NCBI GenBank assembly: GCA_934234055.1
Contig: CAKQGY010000002.1
Span: 74,427 to 138,426, forward strand
Direction: 5' to 3'
Length of the DNA: 64,000 bases
Origin: an uncultured Alphaproteobacteria bacterium
GTDB taxonomy: Bacteria > Pseudomonadota > Alphaproteobacteria > CAAHEQ01 > UBA3637
The position numbers and the translations under genes were made by a program. Positions within the stretch are counted from its first letter, which is position 1; every line of letters starts with the position of its first letter. The notes under the pieces are model-generated. The model ran no database searches. It saw nothing but the letters and a program-made list of their open reading frames with translations, and had not been told where the DNA came from. Positions 46,567 to 56,193 of this stretch are shown here, in pieces.

Positions 46567-47803
46567 GCGTATCGGCATTTGGGGTATGGGGCGCGAAGGC
46601 ATGGCGGCCAAAGCTATGCTGGAAAAGCACTGCCCGAATGCGGTTATCACAGAAATCGGAGAAGAAAATACCGAAGAAATCCTGAAATGTGACATCCTAA
46701 TCAAATCGCCGGGAATCAGCCTGTATCGACCGGAAATTCAACAAGCGGCCCAACACGGCGTTATCATCACATCCGGAACAAATCTGTTTTTGGCAAACAA
46801 AAAGCGCGGTATCCCCGTGATTGCCGTGACCGGGACAAAAGGGAAAAGCACAACAGCCAGCTTGCTGGCACATACTTTGGAAGCATTGAACAAAAAAGTA
46901 ATCTTGGGCGGAAATATCGGAAAGCCTTTGGTTGCGTTTACCGATGAAACAGCGGACTTTTTTGTGGCGGAACTGTCCAGCTATCAATGTGCAGACCTGG
47001 GGGGGCGGCCGGATATTGCCGTGCTGACAAACCTGTATCCCGAGCATCTGCAATGGCATGGATCACATGGACAATACTATGCCGACAAAATGCATATGAT
47101 ACGGCAGGCGAAACGGTGTATCCTGAACGGGACAAATCCCGAAACACAACGACAGGCAGCGGGGTTGGATCCGATCTGGTTTAACAGGCCGGACGGAATT
47201 CACATCAGCCAAAATACTTTTTATGACCAAAATCAGCCGTTGTTTTCGTGCGATTCGTTGCACTTGATCGGGGAACATAATGCCGAAAATGCCTGTGCGG
47301 TATTGGCGGTGGTAAAGCTGTTGGGGTTTGATACAAAACGGTGTGAGGCGGCATTTGCCGACTTTGAGCCCCTGCCCCACCGGTTGCAAACAATCGGCGT
47401 ACAAGACGGGATTACCTATGTGGACGATAGCATTTCAACCACGCCCGAAACGGCGATTGCGGCCCTGAAAGCACTGGATCGGGGACAGGATATAACTTTG
47501 ATCGCGGGGGGTATGGATCGCGGGCAAGATTATGGCGAATTGGTGCGCTATATCGCACAAAAACAAGACCGAATCCGGTTGGTAACCCTGCCCGATACCG
47601 GATCACGATTGGCAGCAATGGCACAATCAGCCGGAATTGAAACCAGTCTGACCTCGGATATGCCGACAGCCGTCAATATGGCTCAGCACCTGACACCCGC
47701 GGGCGGATTGATTTTATTATCGCCGGCGGCTCCGAGTTATAACCTGTATCACAACTTTGAAGAACGCGGTGATGACTTCAAAAAATGGATTCATTTTAAG
47801 TAG
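46541..47803 (+). CDS. murD: UDP-N-acetylmuramoyl-L-alanine--glutamate ligase, MurD family (located outside a dcw cluster; possibly MurD2 type)
   Basis: Mur ligase motifs (AVTGTKGKSTT, LAGGNIG, DDS..T, GGxDRGQD). The flanking genes are not mraY/ftsW. Confidence 0.75.
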   Translation: MYWNNLNGKRIGIWGMGREGMAAKAMLEKHCPNAVITEIGEENTEEILKCDILIKSPGISLYRPEIQQAAQHGVIITSGTNLFLANKKRGIPVIAVTGTKGKSTTASLLAHTLEALNKKVILGGNIGKPLVAFTDETADFFVAELSSYQCADLGGRPDIAVLTNLYPEHLQWHGSHGQYYADKMHMIRQAKRCILNGTNPETQRQAAGLDPIWFNRPDGIHISQNTFYDQNQPLFSCDSLHLIGEHNAENACAVLAVVKLLGFDTKRCEAAFADFEPLPHRLQTIGVQDGITYVDDSISTTPETAIAALKALDRGQDITLIAGGMDRGQDYGELVRYIAQKQDRIRLVTLPDTGSRLAAMAQSAGIETSLTSDMPTAVNMAQHLTPAGGLILLSPAAPSYNLYHNFEERGDDFKKWIHFK

Positions 47804-47868
47804 TTCTTTGGGGCAGATTTCTTGCTTTTCAGACAAAAACAAACCTATTTTAATTCGGGAGGAACAGC

Positions 47869-48882
47869 ATGACACAAATTATCTTTTTTGATACAGATCA
47901 ACTATTGCGCACTTTTTGGGAGACGCATGGCTTGGCCGATGTGCCGGCGACTTTCTTTAACGAAAGCCTGAACACAATCGCGCATGAAAAATTAGAGCCG
48001 GTGCGAGAAGCAGAAATTATTTCATGCTTTACACACTCGGAGGTGCTGGGAAAAGAACAATTGGACGCTTTGCCGAATTTGAAACTGATTGCAACACGGT
48101 CAACAGGCTTTAACCATATTGATTTAGCTTACTGTAAAAAGCGCGGAATTGTGGTGGCAAATGTGCCGGCCTATGGCGCAACGACGGTGGCCGAGTTTGC
48201 CTTTGCCCTGTTGCTGGCGTTGGCACGGAAAGTTATTCGGGCCAAAAATGATATGGCGCACAATCGAATTGATATGCAGCACTATATGGGGTTTGACCTG
48301 TTCGGAAAAACGCTGGGAGTGATCGGAACGGGATCTATCGGGCGGCATATGATTCAGCTGGCGCAAGGATTCGGTATGAACATTATGGCCTATGACCCCT
48401 ATCAGACACCGGCATTGAAAGACCTGTATGTGCCGAATTTGGAGACAATTTATGAAAACTGTGATGTGATTTCATTGCATGTGCCGTCAACACCGGAAAA
48501 TCACCATATGTTGAACCTGAGGGCGTTTCAATTGATGAAAAAAGGTGTGATTATCATCAATACGGCACGGGGCGACTTGATTGATACGCAAGCCCTGTAT
48601 ACCGCATTGCGCACCGGGATTGTCGGCGGAGCGGGGCTGGATGTCCTGGAAAATGAGGACTTTTTGCTGCACGATGAAATTGTGGTGGATCCGCATACTC
48701 ATGACAGCGACTTTTTGCTGGATTCGGCAATGAACCTGAAACTGATGCAATTCCGAAATGTGATTGCAACACCGCATATCGCGTTTAACTCAATAGATGC
48801 GATCACACGCATCAACGAGACAACACGTGAAAATATCCGCTCGTTTTTGGACGGAAAGCCGATCAATAATGTGATACGCTAG
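47869..48882 (+). CDS. D-isomer-specific 2-hydroxyacid dehydrogenase (D-lactate dehydrogenase-like)
   Basis: NAD-binding GVIGTGSIGRH motif and catalytic Arg/Glu/His positions of the 2-Hacid_dh family. Confidence 0.75.
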   Translation: MTQIIFFDTDQLLRTFWETHGLADVPATFFNESLNTIAHEKLEPVREAEIISCFTHSEVLGKEQLDALPNLKLIATRSTGFNHIDLAYCKKRGIVVANVPAYGATTVAEFAFALLLALARKVIRAKNDMAHNRIDMQHYMGFDLFGKTLGVIGTGSIGRHMIQLAQGFGMNIMAYDPYQTPALKDLYVPNLETIYENCDVISLHVPSTPENHHMLNLRAFQLMKKGVIIINTARGDLIDTQALYTALRTGIVGGAGLDVLENEDFLLHDEIVVDPHTHDSDFLLDSAMNLKLMQFRNVIATPHIAFNSIDAITRINETTRENIRSFLDGKPINNVIR

Positions 48883-48889
48883 GGTACCC

Positions 48890-50074
48890 TTAACGATACG
48901 CAATCGTGCCGAATGCATTGCAGTGTGGGCACAAGGCATCCCACGATTCGGTCGCACGGCCACAGGTGGCACAACCCCAACCGCTGTCGGGAGCGGCGGT
49001 TTGAGCCTTGGCCTCCCACTCACGCGCGCCCTCTTCATGGTGCCAACCTTGACGCTCTAAAGTAGCCATCATCAGAGCCACCCGCGCCGTCAACGGATAA
49101 GCATTGATGTAAGCGGTCAGATACTCTTTGGCTAAACCCCACAGATCATTATCCATAGCCGTTTGAGCCAAAGCAATCAACGACAGGCGCGCCGTCGGAT
49201 TATGTCGCACCAATTTTTCAGTCAGCTTCATTTGCTTGGCCGATTTTTCACCGGCAATCACCTGCTTGAACAGGGCATAAGCCTCGTCGCAAGGGGATTT
49301 TTCCCACAAATCCATCACAATGGAAAGAGCCTTTTTCGGCTCGGCCGTCGCATAAGCACACGCAATCGCCGGATGGTCAGGGTTAAGTTTATAGGCTTCC
49401 TTCACACGACCGAGTTTCAACAAAACCAAAGATTGACGGAAATAATAATCAGCTTTGGACAAAACACCTTTTTTCTTTAAGATGTCCAGTGTTTGAAGCG
49501 CATCGGACCAATCGGACTGATGGGTTTGAACAGTCCAACGCGCCTGATGAATCCAGATTTCATCCGGGTGCTTGGCCGCGGCCTTGACCAATAAGCGAGC
49601 CATTTCTTCGTAATCACCCTGCTTTTCGGCATAGGAAAGCAAGCCGCGAATACCCGCCAATTCCGTATTCTCGCGATGTATCAACTGCTCAAAAGCGTGG
49701 GTGGAGGGTGCAAATAATGCCTCTAAAATATAATTCTCGTCAGACTTGGCGTCAAAAAAGGATTTCTTTTGTTTCAAAAGATCGCGGATGGCTTGGCTGT
49801 CTTGATCCAACACGGTGCGCAAAGCTAAAAGCAGATAGGCCTCTTTTCGGGTTTGTTTGCGCTTGGTAAGCCAATCACGGCAACCGCCCAGCCAACAAAA
49901 CGGCTTTTTAAGCAGACGCCACACATACCACATAAGCCCCAGCGCCAAAATCACCGTCAGAAGAGAAGTTGTAATTTCAAATCCGAACGCCGTGATACCG
50001 ATCATCCAAGTATCATGCACCATAAAAAAGCCGACAATAAAAAGACTGGCCAATATAAAAAGAAATTTCAACAT
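48890..50074 (-). CDS. hemY: HemY-like TPR membrane protein (heme biosynthesis-associated) with C-terminal zinc ribbon
   Basis: Two N-terminal TM helices, a HemY_N-like region, TPR repeats and a C-terminal CATCG..CPHCN. Confidence 0.65.
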   Translation of the reverse strand: MLKFLFILASLFIVGFFMVHDTWMIGITAFGFEITTSLLTVILALGLMWYVWRLLKKPFCWLGGCRDWLTKRKQTRKEAYLLLALRTVLDQDSQAIRDLLKQKKSFFDAKSDENYILEALFAPSTHAFEQLIHRENTELAGIRGLLSYAEKQGDYEEMARLLVKAAAKHPDEIWIHQARWTVQTHQSDWSDALQTLDILKKKGVLSKADYYFRQSLVLLKLGRVKEAYKLNPDHPAIACAYATAEPKKALSIVMDLWEKSPCDEAYALFKQVIAGEKSAKQMKLTEKLVRHNPTARLSLIALAQTAMDNDLWGLAKEYLTAYINAYPLTARVALMMATLERQGWHHEEGAREWEAKAQTAAPDSGWGCATCGRATESWDALCPHCNAFGTIAYR

Positions 50075-50077
50075 AGC

Positions 50078-51013
50078 TTATTTTCCTTTCTTTTCAAATG
50101 TATAAATCAACTCGTCCACATCAGAGAGCGCTTGGATATAAGCGCGAACCTGGGTAAGGAACGGTGCAAAATCTTCTTGGAGGCGTGGCGGCAGTTTCTC
50201 TAATTGCGCAACACATGTGGTAAAATGACGCTCAGCCAACGCATTTTGAGCGGAAGAAATAATGTCCTTGGGGCTTTGTTTGCGCGGGTGGAGGCGACGC
50301 ACATCAACAACCGCCGAACCCAACGCTTTGGCATAGGCCAGCCAACGCGGATTCTTCATCTGGTAATATGACATCAGAGCATAACGCTTGTCCGCACGAA
50401 AAGCGGTAGTCATATTGTGATACGATTGCCCGTCGGGGGTGCAAATCATCATCAGATGAGCGGATTTTTCCTCATCATTTAAGAGGCGAATCACTTGCTT
50501 CATTTCGTCAAAGCAAGGTTGGCCGTCGTCCAATTTGTCCCGCAACTTTAACAAATCCGACAAAGTAAGCACCGGCGTGTCAATCCGGGTGGGCGCAGAA
50601 TCCGGGTCAATCTTGATTGGCACAGAGGTCTGTTCAGGCTCCGGGGTCTGAATTGCAACAGGCGGCAGATCCATCATCGGCTCGTCCGTGGGTGCCTTGA
50701 CCACCACAGGATCCTGTAATTCCGGTTCAGCGACGGACTTAGCAGCTGTTTGAGCTGATTCCAAAGTCGGTAAAGTCGGCAATGTTGTCGGCAGCGGCGT
50801 TGTTATCCGGCGGCGCGGAGACGATTGAAACACGGGGTGGAAATTATCCAGCGGGGAATGCAGCTGGTAAATCAGCACGCCCACCAGCATACAGCCCGCC
50901 GACAGCAGGACGACGGCCACGGATTTAATAAACCGTTTGACCGATACGGTTGATGTGGGCTTGATTTCCTGAACGGGAACGGAGTTCTCGGATACGGGTT
51001 CTTTTTCTGACAT
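50078..51013 (-). CDS. hemX: HemX-like proline-rich membrane-anchored protein
   Basis: Single TM helix and Pro-rich linker. It sits immediately upstream of hemY, as in hemXY pairs. Confidence 0.4.
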   Translation of the reverse strand: MSEKEPVSENSVPVQEIKPTSTVSVKRFIKSVAVVLLSAGCMLVGVLIYQLHSPLDNFHPVFQSSPRRRITTPLPTTLPTLPTLESAQTAAKSVAEPELQDPVVVKAPTDEPMMDLPPVAIQTPEPEQTSVPIKIDPDSAPTRIDTPVLTLSDLLKLRDKLDDGQPCFDEMKQVIRLLNDEEKSAHLMMICTPDGQSYHNMTTAFRADKRYALMSYYQMKNPRWLAYAKALGSAVVDVRRLHPRKQSPKDIISSAQNALAERHFTTCVAQLEKLPPRLQEDFAPFLTQVRAYIQALSDVDELIYTFEKKGK

Positions 51014-51102
51014 AATAAGACCTCCCTTTGTGGTTATATCCTATTATAGACCTAAAAAAAACAGAAAAGCAAGTATTTATTTAGCCACAACCTGAAATAT
51101 TA

Positions 51103-51131
51103 TTGACATTAAAAAACAGCCATGATATAAT
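51103..51131 (+). promoter_or_regulatory. Sigma70 promoter TTGACA-17-TATAAT
   Basis: Perfect consensus upstream of two small membrane-protein genes in an AT-rich islet. Confidence 0.55.
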
Positions 51132-51152
51132 CAAAAATACGAGAGGTTATAA

Positions 51153-51461
51153 ATGAAGAAAAAACAAATAAAGCCATCATCACTGGAAAACAAAACATTA
51201 TCCAATACAGTTGCATCATTTTGGATTACAATAGCTGGTTTCTTTTTATTTTTTGAAATACTGGCATTGTGTATTAGAGAAGAATCATCCGGATATTTAG
51301 GAACAGATGACAGAACAGAAGGTATTATATGGGCTTTATTATTTGCATGCCCGATAGTTTTGCTGGATTGCTCCAAAGAAGTATCCGCATTAATGAAGTA
51401 TGTATCTGTAATACCGTTATTTATAAGCTTTTTACTTGTTATAAAACTGATTTTCTTTTAA
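51153..51461 (+). CDS. Hypothetical small membrane protein (102 aa, 3 TM)
   Basis: GAGAGG SD. Low-GC islet, no homology assignable. Confidence 0.45.
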   Translation: MKKKQIKPSSLENKTLSNTVASFWITIAGFFLFFEILALCIREESSGYLGTDDRTEGIIWALLFACPIVLLDCSKEVSALMKYVSVIPLFISFLLVIKLIFF

Positions 51462-51496
51462 GAGAAAATTAAAAAAAATGCTATTGGAGGTTATAA

Positions 51497-51850
51497 ATGG
51501 ACAAGGATGAATCAACAAAACAACTCAAAATACATAGTATTGCTACATATCTTCTAATTTACCCCACAATTTGTTATTTCACGGCTGCCCTTGCCGGATT
51601 ATCTTCAAATATTAGTATAAAATTAATTATACCAATCCTATTTTTAGGGTATTCATTGGGATTGATACCCAGTATTGTTTTGTTCATAAAAGACCAAAAG
51701 AAAATCCGCCAATTCAAAAAAGATACTAATGATTCATCAATCAGTCCTATTCTTAGGTTACTTCAATTTTTGATTGGTTATTCTCTGGTTGTTTTATTTA
51801 TGTGGAATTGTATCTATATGATGTATGAGTTCATACAATCTCCAAAATAA
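51497..51850 (+). CDS. Hypothetical small membrane protein (117 aa, 3 TM)
   Basis: GGAGG SD. It shares the start context GAGGTTATAAATG with the preceding gene. Confidence 0.45.
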   Translation: MDKDESTKQLKIHSIATYLLIYPTICYFTAALAGLSSNISIKLIIPILFLGYSLGLIPSIVLFIKDQKKIRQFKKDTNDSSISPILRLLQFLIGYSLVVLFMWNCIYMMYEFIQSPK

Positions 51851-51854
51851 TTTT

Positions 51855-52703
51855 TTATTTCGCCTTCAAATTAAGAGCCACGGAATTGATACAATACCTG
51901 AGGCCGGTGGGGGTGGGACCGTCGCTGAACACATGGCCCAGGTGTGAGCCGCAGCGGCGACATAACACTTCATCGCGAATCATAAAATGACTGAGGTCTT
52001 TGCGAATAATGACCGAATCGGGCAAACTGGCGTCAAAGGACGGCCAACCGCAACCGGATTGAAACTTGGCCGACGAATCAAATAACTTTTGACCGCACGC
52101 CGCGCACCGATATACGCCCCGATCATCGGTGTAAAGATACGCACCCGAAAAAGGCGGCTCGGTCCCCTTGCCCCGCATAACCCAATACTGTTCGGGAGAC
52201 AGTTTTTTTTGCAAAAGCGATTCTTTGTTGACTTCTATGGTTTTGCAACTTTTCTTGCCATGCTTATCATAATACTTTTGATGATAATCTTCGGCCAAAT
52301 AAAATTGCTTGGCCGGTAAGATCTGCGTAACGATTTTTTCTTTGAAATAACTTTGATACTCTTTTAATTTCTTTTCCATCAGGCGCTGCTCGGATTTGGT
52401 GCGATAGAATAAAACAGAACGATACTGGGTGCCGCGGTCGGGCCCTTGTTGATCCGGAGTTGTTGGATTATGAATCATAAAGAAAATATCCAGCAACTCG
52501 ACCAATGTAATTTGACGCGTGTCATACATTACACGAACGGTTTCGGCATGGCCGCTTTTATCACCGCAAACTTGCTTGTAAGTCGGATTTCTGGTATGGC
52601 CGCCCATATAGCCGGCGGTGGTCTCCAAAACACCGGGAACTTTATCAAAGGCCGATTGAACACCCCAAAAGCAACCGGCCGCAAAAAAAGTGCATTTGAT
52701 CAT
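51855..52703 (-). CDS. msrAB: Bifunctional peptide methionine sulfoxide reductase MsrA/MsrB
   Basis: N-terminal MsrA motif (FAAGCFWG) and C-terminal MsrB (CAACGQ..GWPSF..RYCINS). The start was set at MIKCTFF after a GGAGGG SD. Confidence 0.85.
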   Translation of the reverse strand: MIKCTFFAAGCFWGVQSAFDKVPGVLETTAGYMGGHTRNPTYKQVCGDKSGHAETVRVMYDTRQITLVELLDIFFMIHNPTTPDQQGPDRGTQYRSVLFYRTKSEQRLMEKKLKEYQSYFKEKIVTQILPAKQFYLAEDYHQKYYDKHGKKSCKTIEVNKESLLQKKLSPEQYWVMRGKGTEPPFSGAYLYTDDRGVYRCAACGQKLFDSSAKFQSGCGWPSFDASLPDSVIIRKDLSHFMIRDEVLCRRCGSHLGHVFSDGPTPTGLRYCINSVALNLKAK

Positions 52704-52866
52704 CTGTTTTTCCCTCCTACCCTGGAATATAGGTCGCAAATCGGATAAAACAACGCCCGCACAAAAAAACCGAGAGTCCAAACAGAAAAAGATAAATAAA
52801 AGTATTGACTTTTTTATTCTTTCCTTTCATAATACAAGAAAACAGGTTAGTATAAAGGATATCACT

Positions 52867-53970
52867 ATGGGATTTAATTGTGGAATTGTCGGGCTTCCGA
52901 ATGTCGGAAAATCTACTTTGTTTAACGCGCTGACGGCGACGGTCAATGCACAAGCGGCAAACTATCCGTTCTGCACGATTGAGCCGAATGTCGGGCGCGT
53001 GGCTGTGCCCGACGCGCGGCTGGATAAACTGCAACAGATTGACAAGGCTGAAAAAATTGTGCCGACTCAGTTGGAATTTGTGGATATCGCGGGACTGGTC
53101 AAAGGGGCGTCCAAGGGAGAAGGCTTGGGTAATCAGTTCTTGGCCAACATTCGCGAAGTGGACGCGATTATCCATGTGCTGCGCTGCTTTGATGATACCG
53201 ATGTGGTGCATGTGGAGGGTTCGGTAGATCCGATCCGCGATGCCGAAACCGTGGAAACGGAATTAATGCTGGCGGATTTGGAATCCTTGGAAAAACGAAT
53301 TGTCGGTGTGCAAAAGAAAGCACAGGCCGGTGATAAAGAATCCAAGCAATTACTGGATGTGATGAAGCCGGCGTTGGATGCGCTGCAAAACGGAAAGCCG
53401 GCTCGATTGGCACGCCCAGATGAACCGGATAAAGCGCGGCTGTTTGACGGTATGTACTTGCTGACAGGTAAGCCGGTTTTATATGTGTGTAATGTGGATG
53501 AAGGATCGGCTGCGACGGGCAATACTTATTCTGCCAAAGTTCAAACCATGGCCGAAGAACAAGGCAACAAATCTGTCGTTATCTCGGCCGCAATTGAAGC
53601 GGAAGTTGCTCAATTAAATGACCCGGCGGAGCAAAAAGAATTCTTGGATGCCCTGGGACTGACGGAAACGGGGCTGAGCCGGATTATCAAAGCGGGCTAT
53701 GCGTTGTTGGGATTGGAAACATTCTTTACCAGCGGGCCCAAGGAATCGCATGCGTGGACAATGCGTAAAGGCTGTTTGGCACCGCAGGCTGCGGGCATTA
53801 TTCATACGGATTTTGAAAAAGGCTTTATTCGGGCGGAAGTCGTGTCGTATCAGGACTATGTGACCTATAACGGTGAAGTCGGTGCACGCGAAAACGGAAA
53901 ACTCCGCCAAGAGGGAAAGGGCTATACCATGCAAGACGGTGATGTAGTCCACTTCCTGTTTAATGTTTAG
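52867..53970 (+). CDS. ychF: Ribosome-binding ATPase YchF (Obg-like)
   Basis: G1 motif GIVGLPNVGKSTLFNALT, plus TGS and C-terminal domains. The start was set at MGFNCG. Confidence 0.9.
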   Translation: MGFNCGIVGLPNVGKSTLFNALTATVNAQAANYPFCTIEPNVGRVAVPDARLDKLQQIDKAEKIVPTQLEFVDIAGLVKGASKGEGLGNQFLANIREVDAIIHVLRCFDDTDVVHVEGSVDPIRDAETVETELMLADLESLEKRIVGVQKKAQAGDKESKQLLDVMKPALDALQNGKPARLARPDEPDKARLFDGMYLLTGKPVLYVCNVDEGSAATGNTYSAKVQTMAEEQGNKSVVISAAIEAEVAQLNDPAEQKEFLDALGLTETGLSRIIKAGYALLGLETFFTSGPKESHAWTMRKGCLAPQAAGIIHTDFEKGFIRAEVVSYQDYVTYNGEVGARENGKLRQEGKGYTMQDGDVVHFLFNV

Positions 53971-53997
53971 GGAGACATAGAGAGGGGAAAAAGAATT

Positions 53998-54444
53998 ATG
54001 GCAGCAATGATCTGGCGCGAACAAATGAGTTTGAATTACCTGCCCTTGGATCAAGAACACCAAGACTTTCTGGCCGTGATCAATCGAGCGTTGGTATTCT
54101 CGCAAATCGCCGATTTTAAGGGTATGGACTGGGTCTTTGATAAATGCTATGACTATGTGCGCGATCACTTTTCGCACGAAGAGGATCTGATGGAGCGAAT
54201 CCAATTCCCCGGTATCGAAGAACATATCCACGCACATCGCACTTTTATTCAAAATATCGCCGAATTTCGGACAATTTACGAACAGGCCTCCTCGCCACAA
54301 GCAAAAAAAGATGCTGCGATCAAAGCGACGGACTTTTTAAGCCTGTGGTTCGTGGGTCATGTGTTGAGCCGCGATAAATTGTTCAAACCGTATCTGGTGC
54401 GGTTAAGAAACCTGCCGCCTCGGATGAACTATGACAACCCGTAA
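53998..54444 (+). CDS. Bacteriohemerythrin-like (HHE cation-binding) protein
   Basis: Conserved His/Glu/Asp ligand spacing (LDQEHQDFL, HFSHEEDLM, HIHAHRTF, WFVGHVLSRD). Confidence 0.7.
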   Translation: MAAMIWREQMSLNYLPLDQEHQDFLAVINRALVFSQIADFKGMDWVFDKCYDYVRDHFSHEEDLMERIQFPGIEEHIHAHRTFIQNIAEFRTIYEQASSPQAKKDAAIKATDFLSLWFVGHVLSRDKLFKPYLVRLRNLPPRMNYDNP

Positions 54445-54459
54445 CTGAAAGGAAAAAAA

Positions 54460-55386
54460 ATGACATTTGGGATTGTTTTACTTGTTTTGGCTTTGATTGT
54501 TGTATTGAAATCAATCATTATCGTGCGCCAAGGACACGAATACACGATTGAAAACTTTGGGCGATTTACACGCGTGCTGCGCCCGGGGTTGCACTTTATT
54601 ATGCCGGTCGTGGAATCGGTGGGGGCAAAACTGAATATGATGGAGCAAGTGCTGGATGTGCCGTCCCAAGAAGCGATTACAAAAGATAACGCGATGGTGC
54701 GGGTTGACGGGGTGCTCTTTTTCCAAATCCAAGATGCGGTCAATGCAGCGTATCAGGTGCGGGATTTGCACATGGCAATCTTGAACTTGATTATGACGAA
54801 TATCCGGACCGTGATCGGTAGTATGGAAATTGATGAGCTGCTGTCGCAACGGGATATTATCAACCATAAACTGCTGTCAGTGGTGGATGAAGCGACTGTG
54901 CCCTGGGGAATCAAGGTAACACGGGTGGAGATCCGTGATATTACACCGCCGCGGGACTTGATTGACGCAATGGCCAGACAAATGAAAGCCGAACGCGACA
55001 AGCGGGCAACTATTTTGGATGCGGAAGGTGTGCGACAAGCGGAAATCCTGCGCGCGGAAGGGGAAAAGCAATCGGCTATTCTGTCTGCGGAAGGGGAAAA
55101 GATGTCGGCTTTCCTGGCGGCAGAAGCTCGGGAACGGTCGGCAGAAGCGGAAGCCAATGCCACCAAAATGGTGTCGGAAGCTATTGCCAAAGGAAATATG
55201 AATGCCTTGAACTACTTTTTGGGGCAGAAATATATTGAAGCTTTGCAAGGTATCGTCACCTCGCCGAATCAAAAATTGCTGATGCTACCGATGGATGTAT
55301 CCAATGTGGCAGGATCTTTGGCCGGAATTGCCGAAGTCGCCAAAGAAGTCCTGAAACCCACAGAAACAAAAGCACATAAAAAATAG
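54460..55386 (+). CDS. SPFH/band-7 (stomatin/HflC-like) membrane protein
   Basis: N-terminal TM, an SPFH domain and an EA-rich coiled-coil C-terminal region. Confidence 0.85.
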   Translation: MTFGIVLLVLALIVVLKSIIIVRQGHEYTIENFGRFTRVLRPGLHFIMPVVESVGAKLNMMEQVLDVPSQEAITKDNAMVRVDGVLFFQIQDAVNAAYQVRDLHMAILNLIMTNIRTVIGSMEIDELLSQRDIINHKLLSVVDEATVPWGIKVTRVEIRDITPPRDLIDAMARQMKAERDKRATILDAEGVRQAEILRAEGEKQSAILSAEGEKMSAFLAAEARERSAEAEANATKMVSEAIAKGNMNALNYFLGQKYIEALQGIVTSPNQKLLMLPMDVSNVAGSLAGIAEVAKEVLKPTETKAHKK

Positions 55387-55395
55387 GAGGATATA

Positions 55396-55851
55396 ATGTC
55401 TTTGTATCTGGAATGGTTGATCATCGGAGTCGTTTTGGCGATTTTGGAACTGATCGTGCCGGGAACCTATCTGATCTGGTTCGGATTCGCGGCTATCGTG
55501 ATGGGTGGAATCACCTACTTTGTGCCGGATTTAAGCGTGATGTGGCAGCTGATCTGGCTGGCGGCTTTATCGCTGGGGTTCGCAGTTATCGGCTGGAAAA
55601 TCTATGGCAAAACGATTTTTAAGGCAATTGTGCCGGAAAAATATCGGGACTTGAACAACCCGATCGCGCAATTGACGGGAAAAATCGTCCAAGTTGTAGC
55701 CGTCAAAGAAGGGAAATATCAGGTATCTGTGGGGGATACTGTGTGGACTGCAACCTCGGAAGACGATTTGAAAGTTGGTGAAAAAGCCGTTATTTCAGGT
55801 AGTTATAATAATGTTGAGTTAAAAATAAAAAAATATCTTGACAAAAAATAA
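55396..55851 (+). CDS. NfeD-like membrane protein (partner of the SPFH protein)
   Basis: Two or three TM helices plus a C-terminal OB-like soluble domain. Typical operon partner. Confidence 0.75.
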   Translation: MSLYLEWLIIGVVLAILELIVPGTYLIWFGFAAIVMGGITYFVPDLSVMWQLIWLAALSLGFAVIGWKIYGKTIFKAIVPEKYRDLNNPIAQLTGKIVQVVAVKEGKYQVSVGDTVWTATSEDDLKVGEKAVISGSYNNVELKIKKYLDKK

Positions 55852-56118
55852 AAAAAGGAGTAAAATGGGTTTCAAGAACGAGAAATGCTTGTTATGGTAA
55901 TACCCCTCATAATCTCATTTCAAAATAACCTTCATGCTTTTTCGTTCTTAACTTCTTTTAATATTAACAAGAAAACGCTCTGATTTCGTCGGGGCGTTTT
56001 TTGTATTGCACGCGTGATTGGGGCGGACGGTATTGCAAGATTATGAAGTGCCACAGGGTGGTTTGTCCCCTGCCCTGCTGTATGGTTGGCGCGGGCGGAT
56101 CCGAAAAAAATAAAAAAG

Positions 56119-56147
56119 TTGTGCAAAACGGGAAAATGTGATATAAT
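56119..56147 (+). promoter_or_regulatory. Sigma70-like promoter TTGTGC-17-TATAAT
   Basis: It follows a degenerate repeat copy (about 56020-56090, GTCCCCTGCCC core). Confidence 0.45.
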
Positions 56148-56193
56148 ATAAATAGAGTGTAAGGAATAACCACCAGAAGAAGGAGAAAATACC

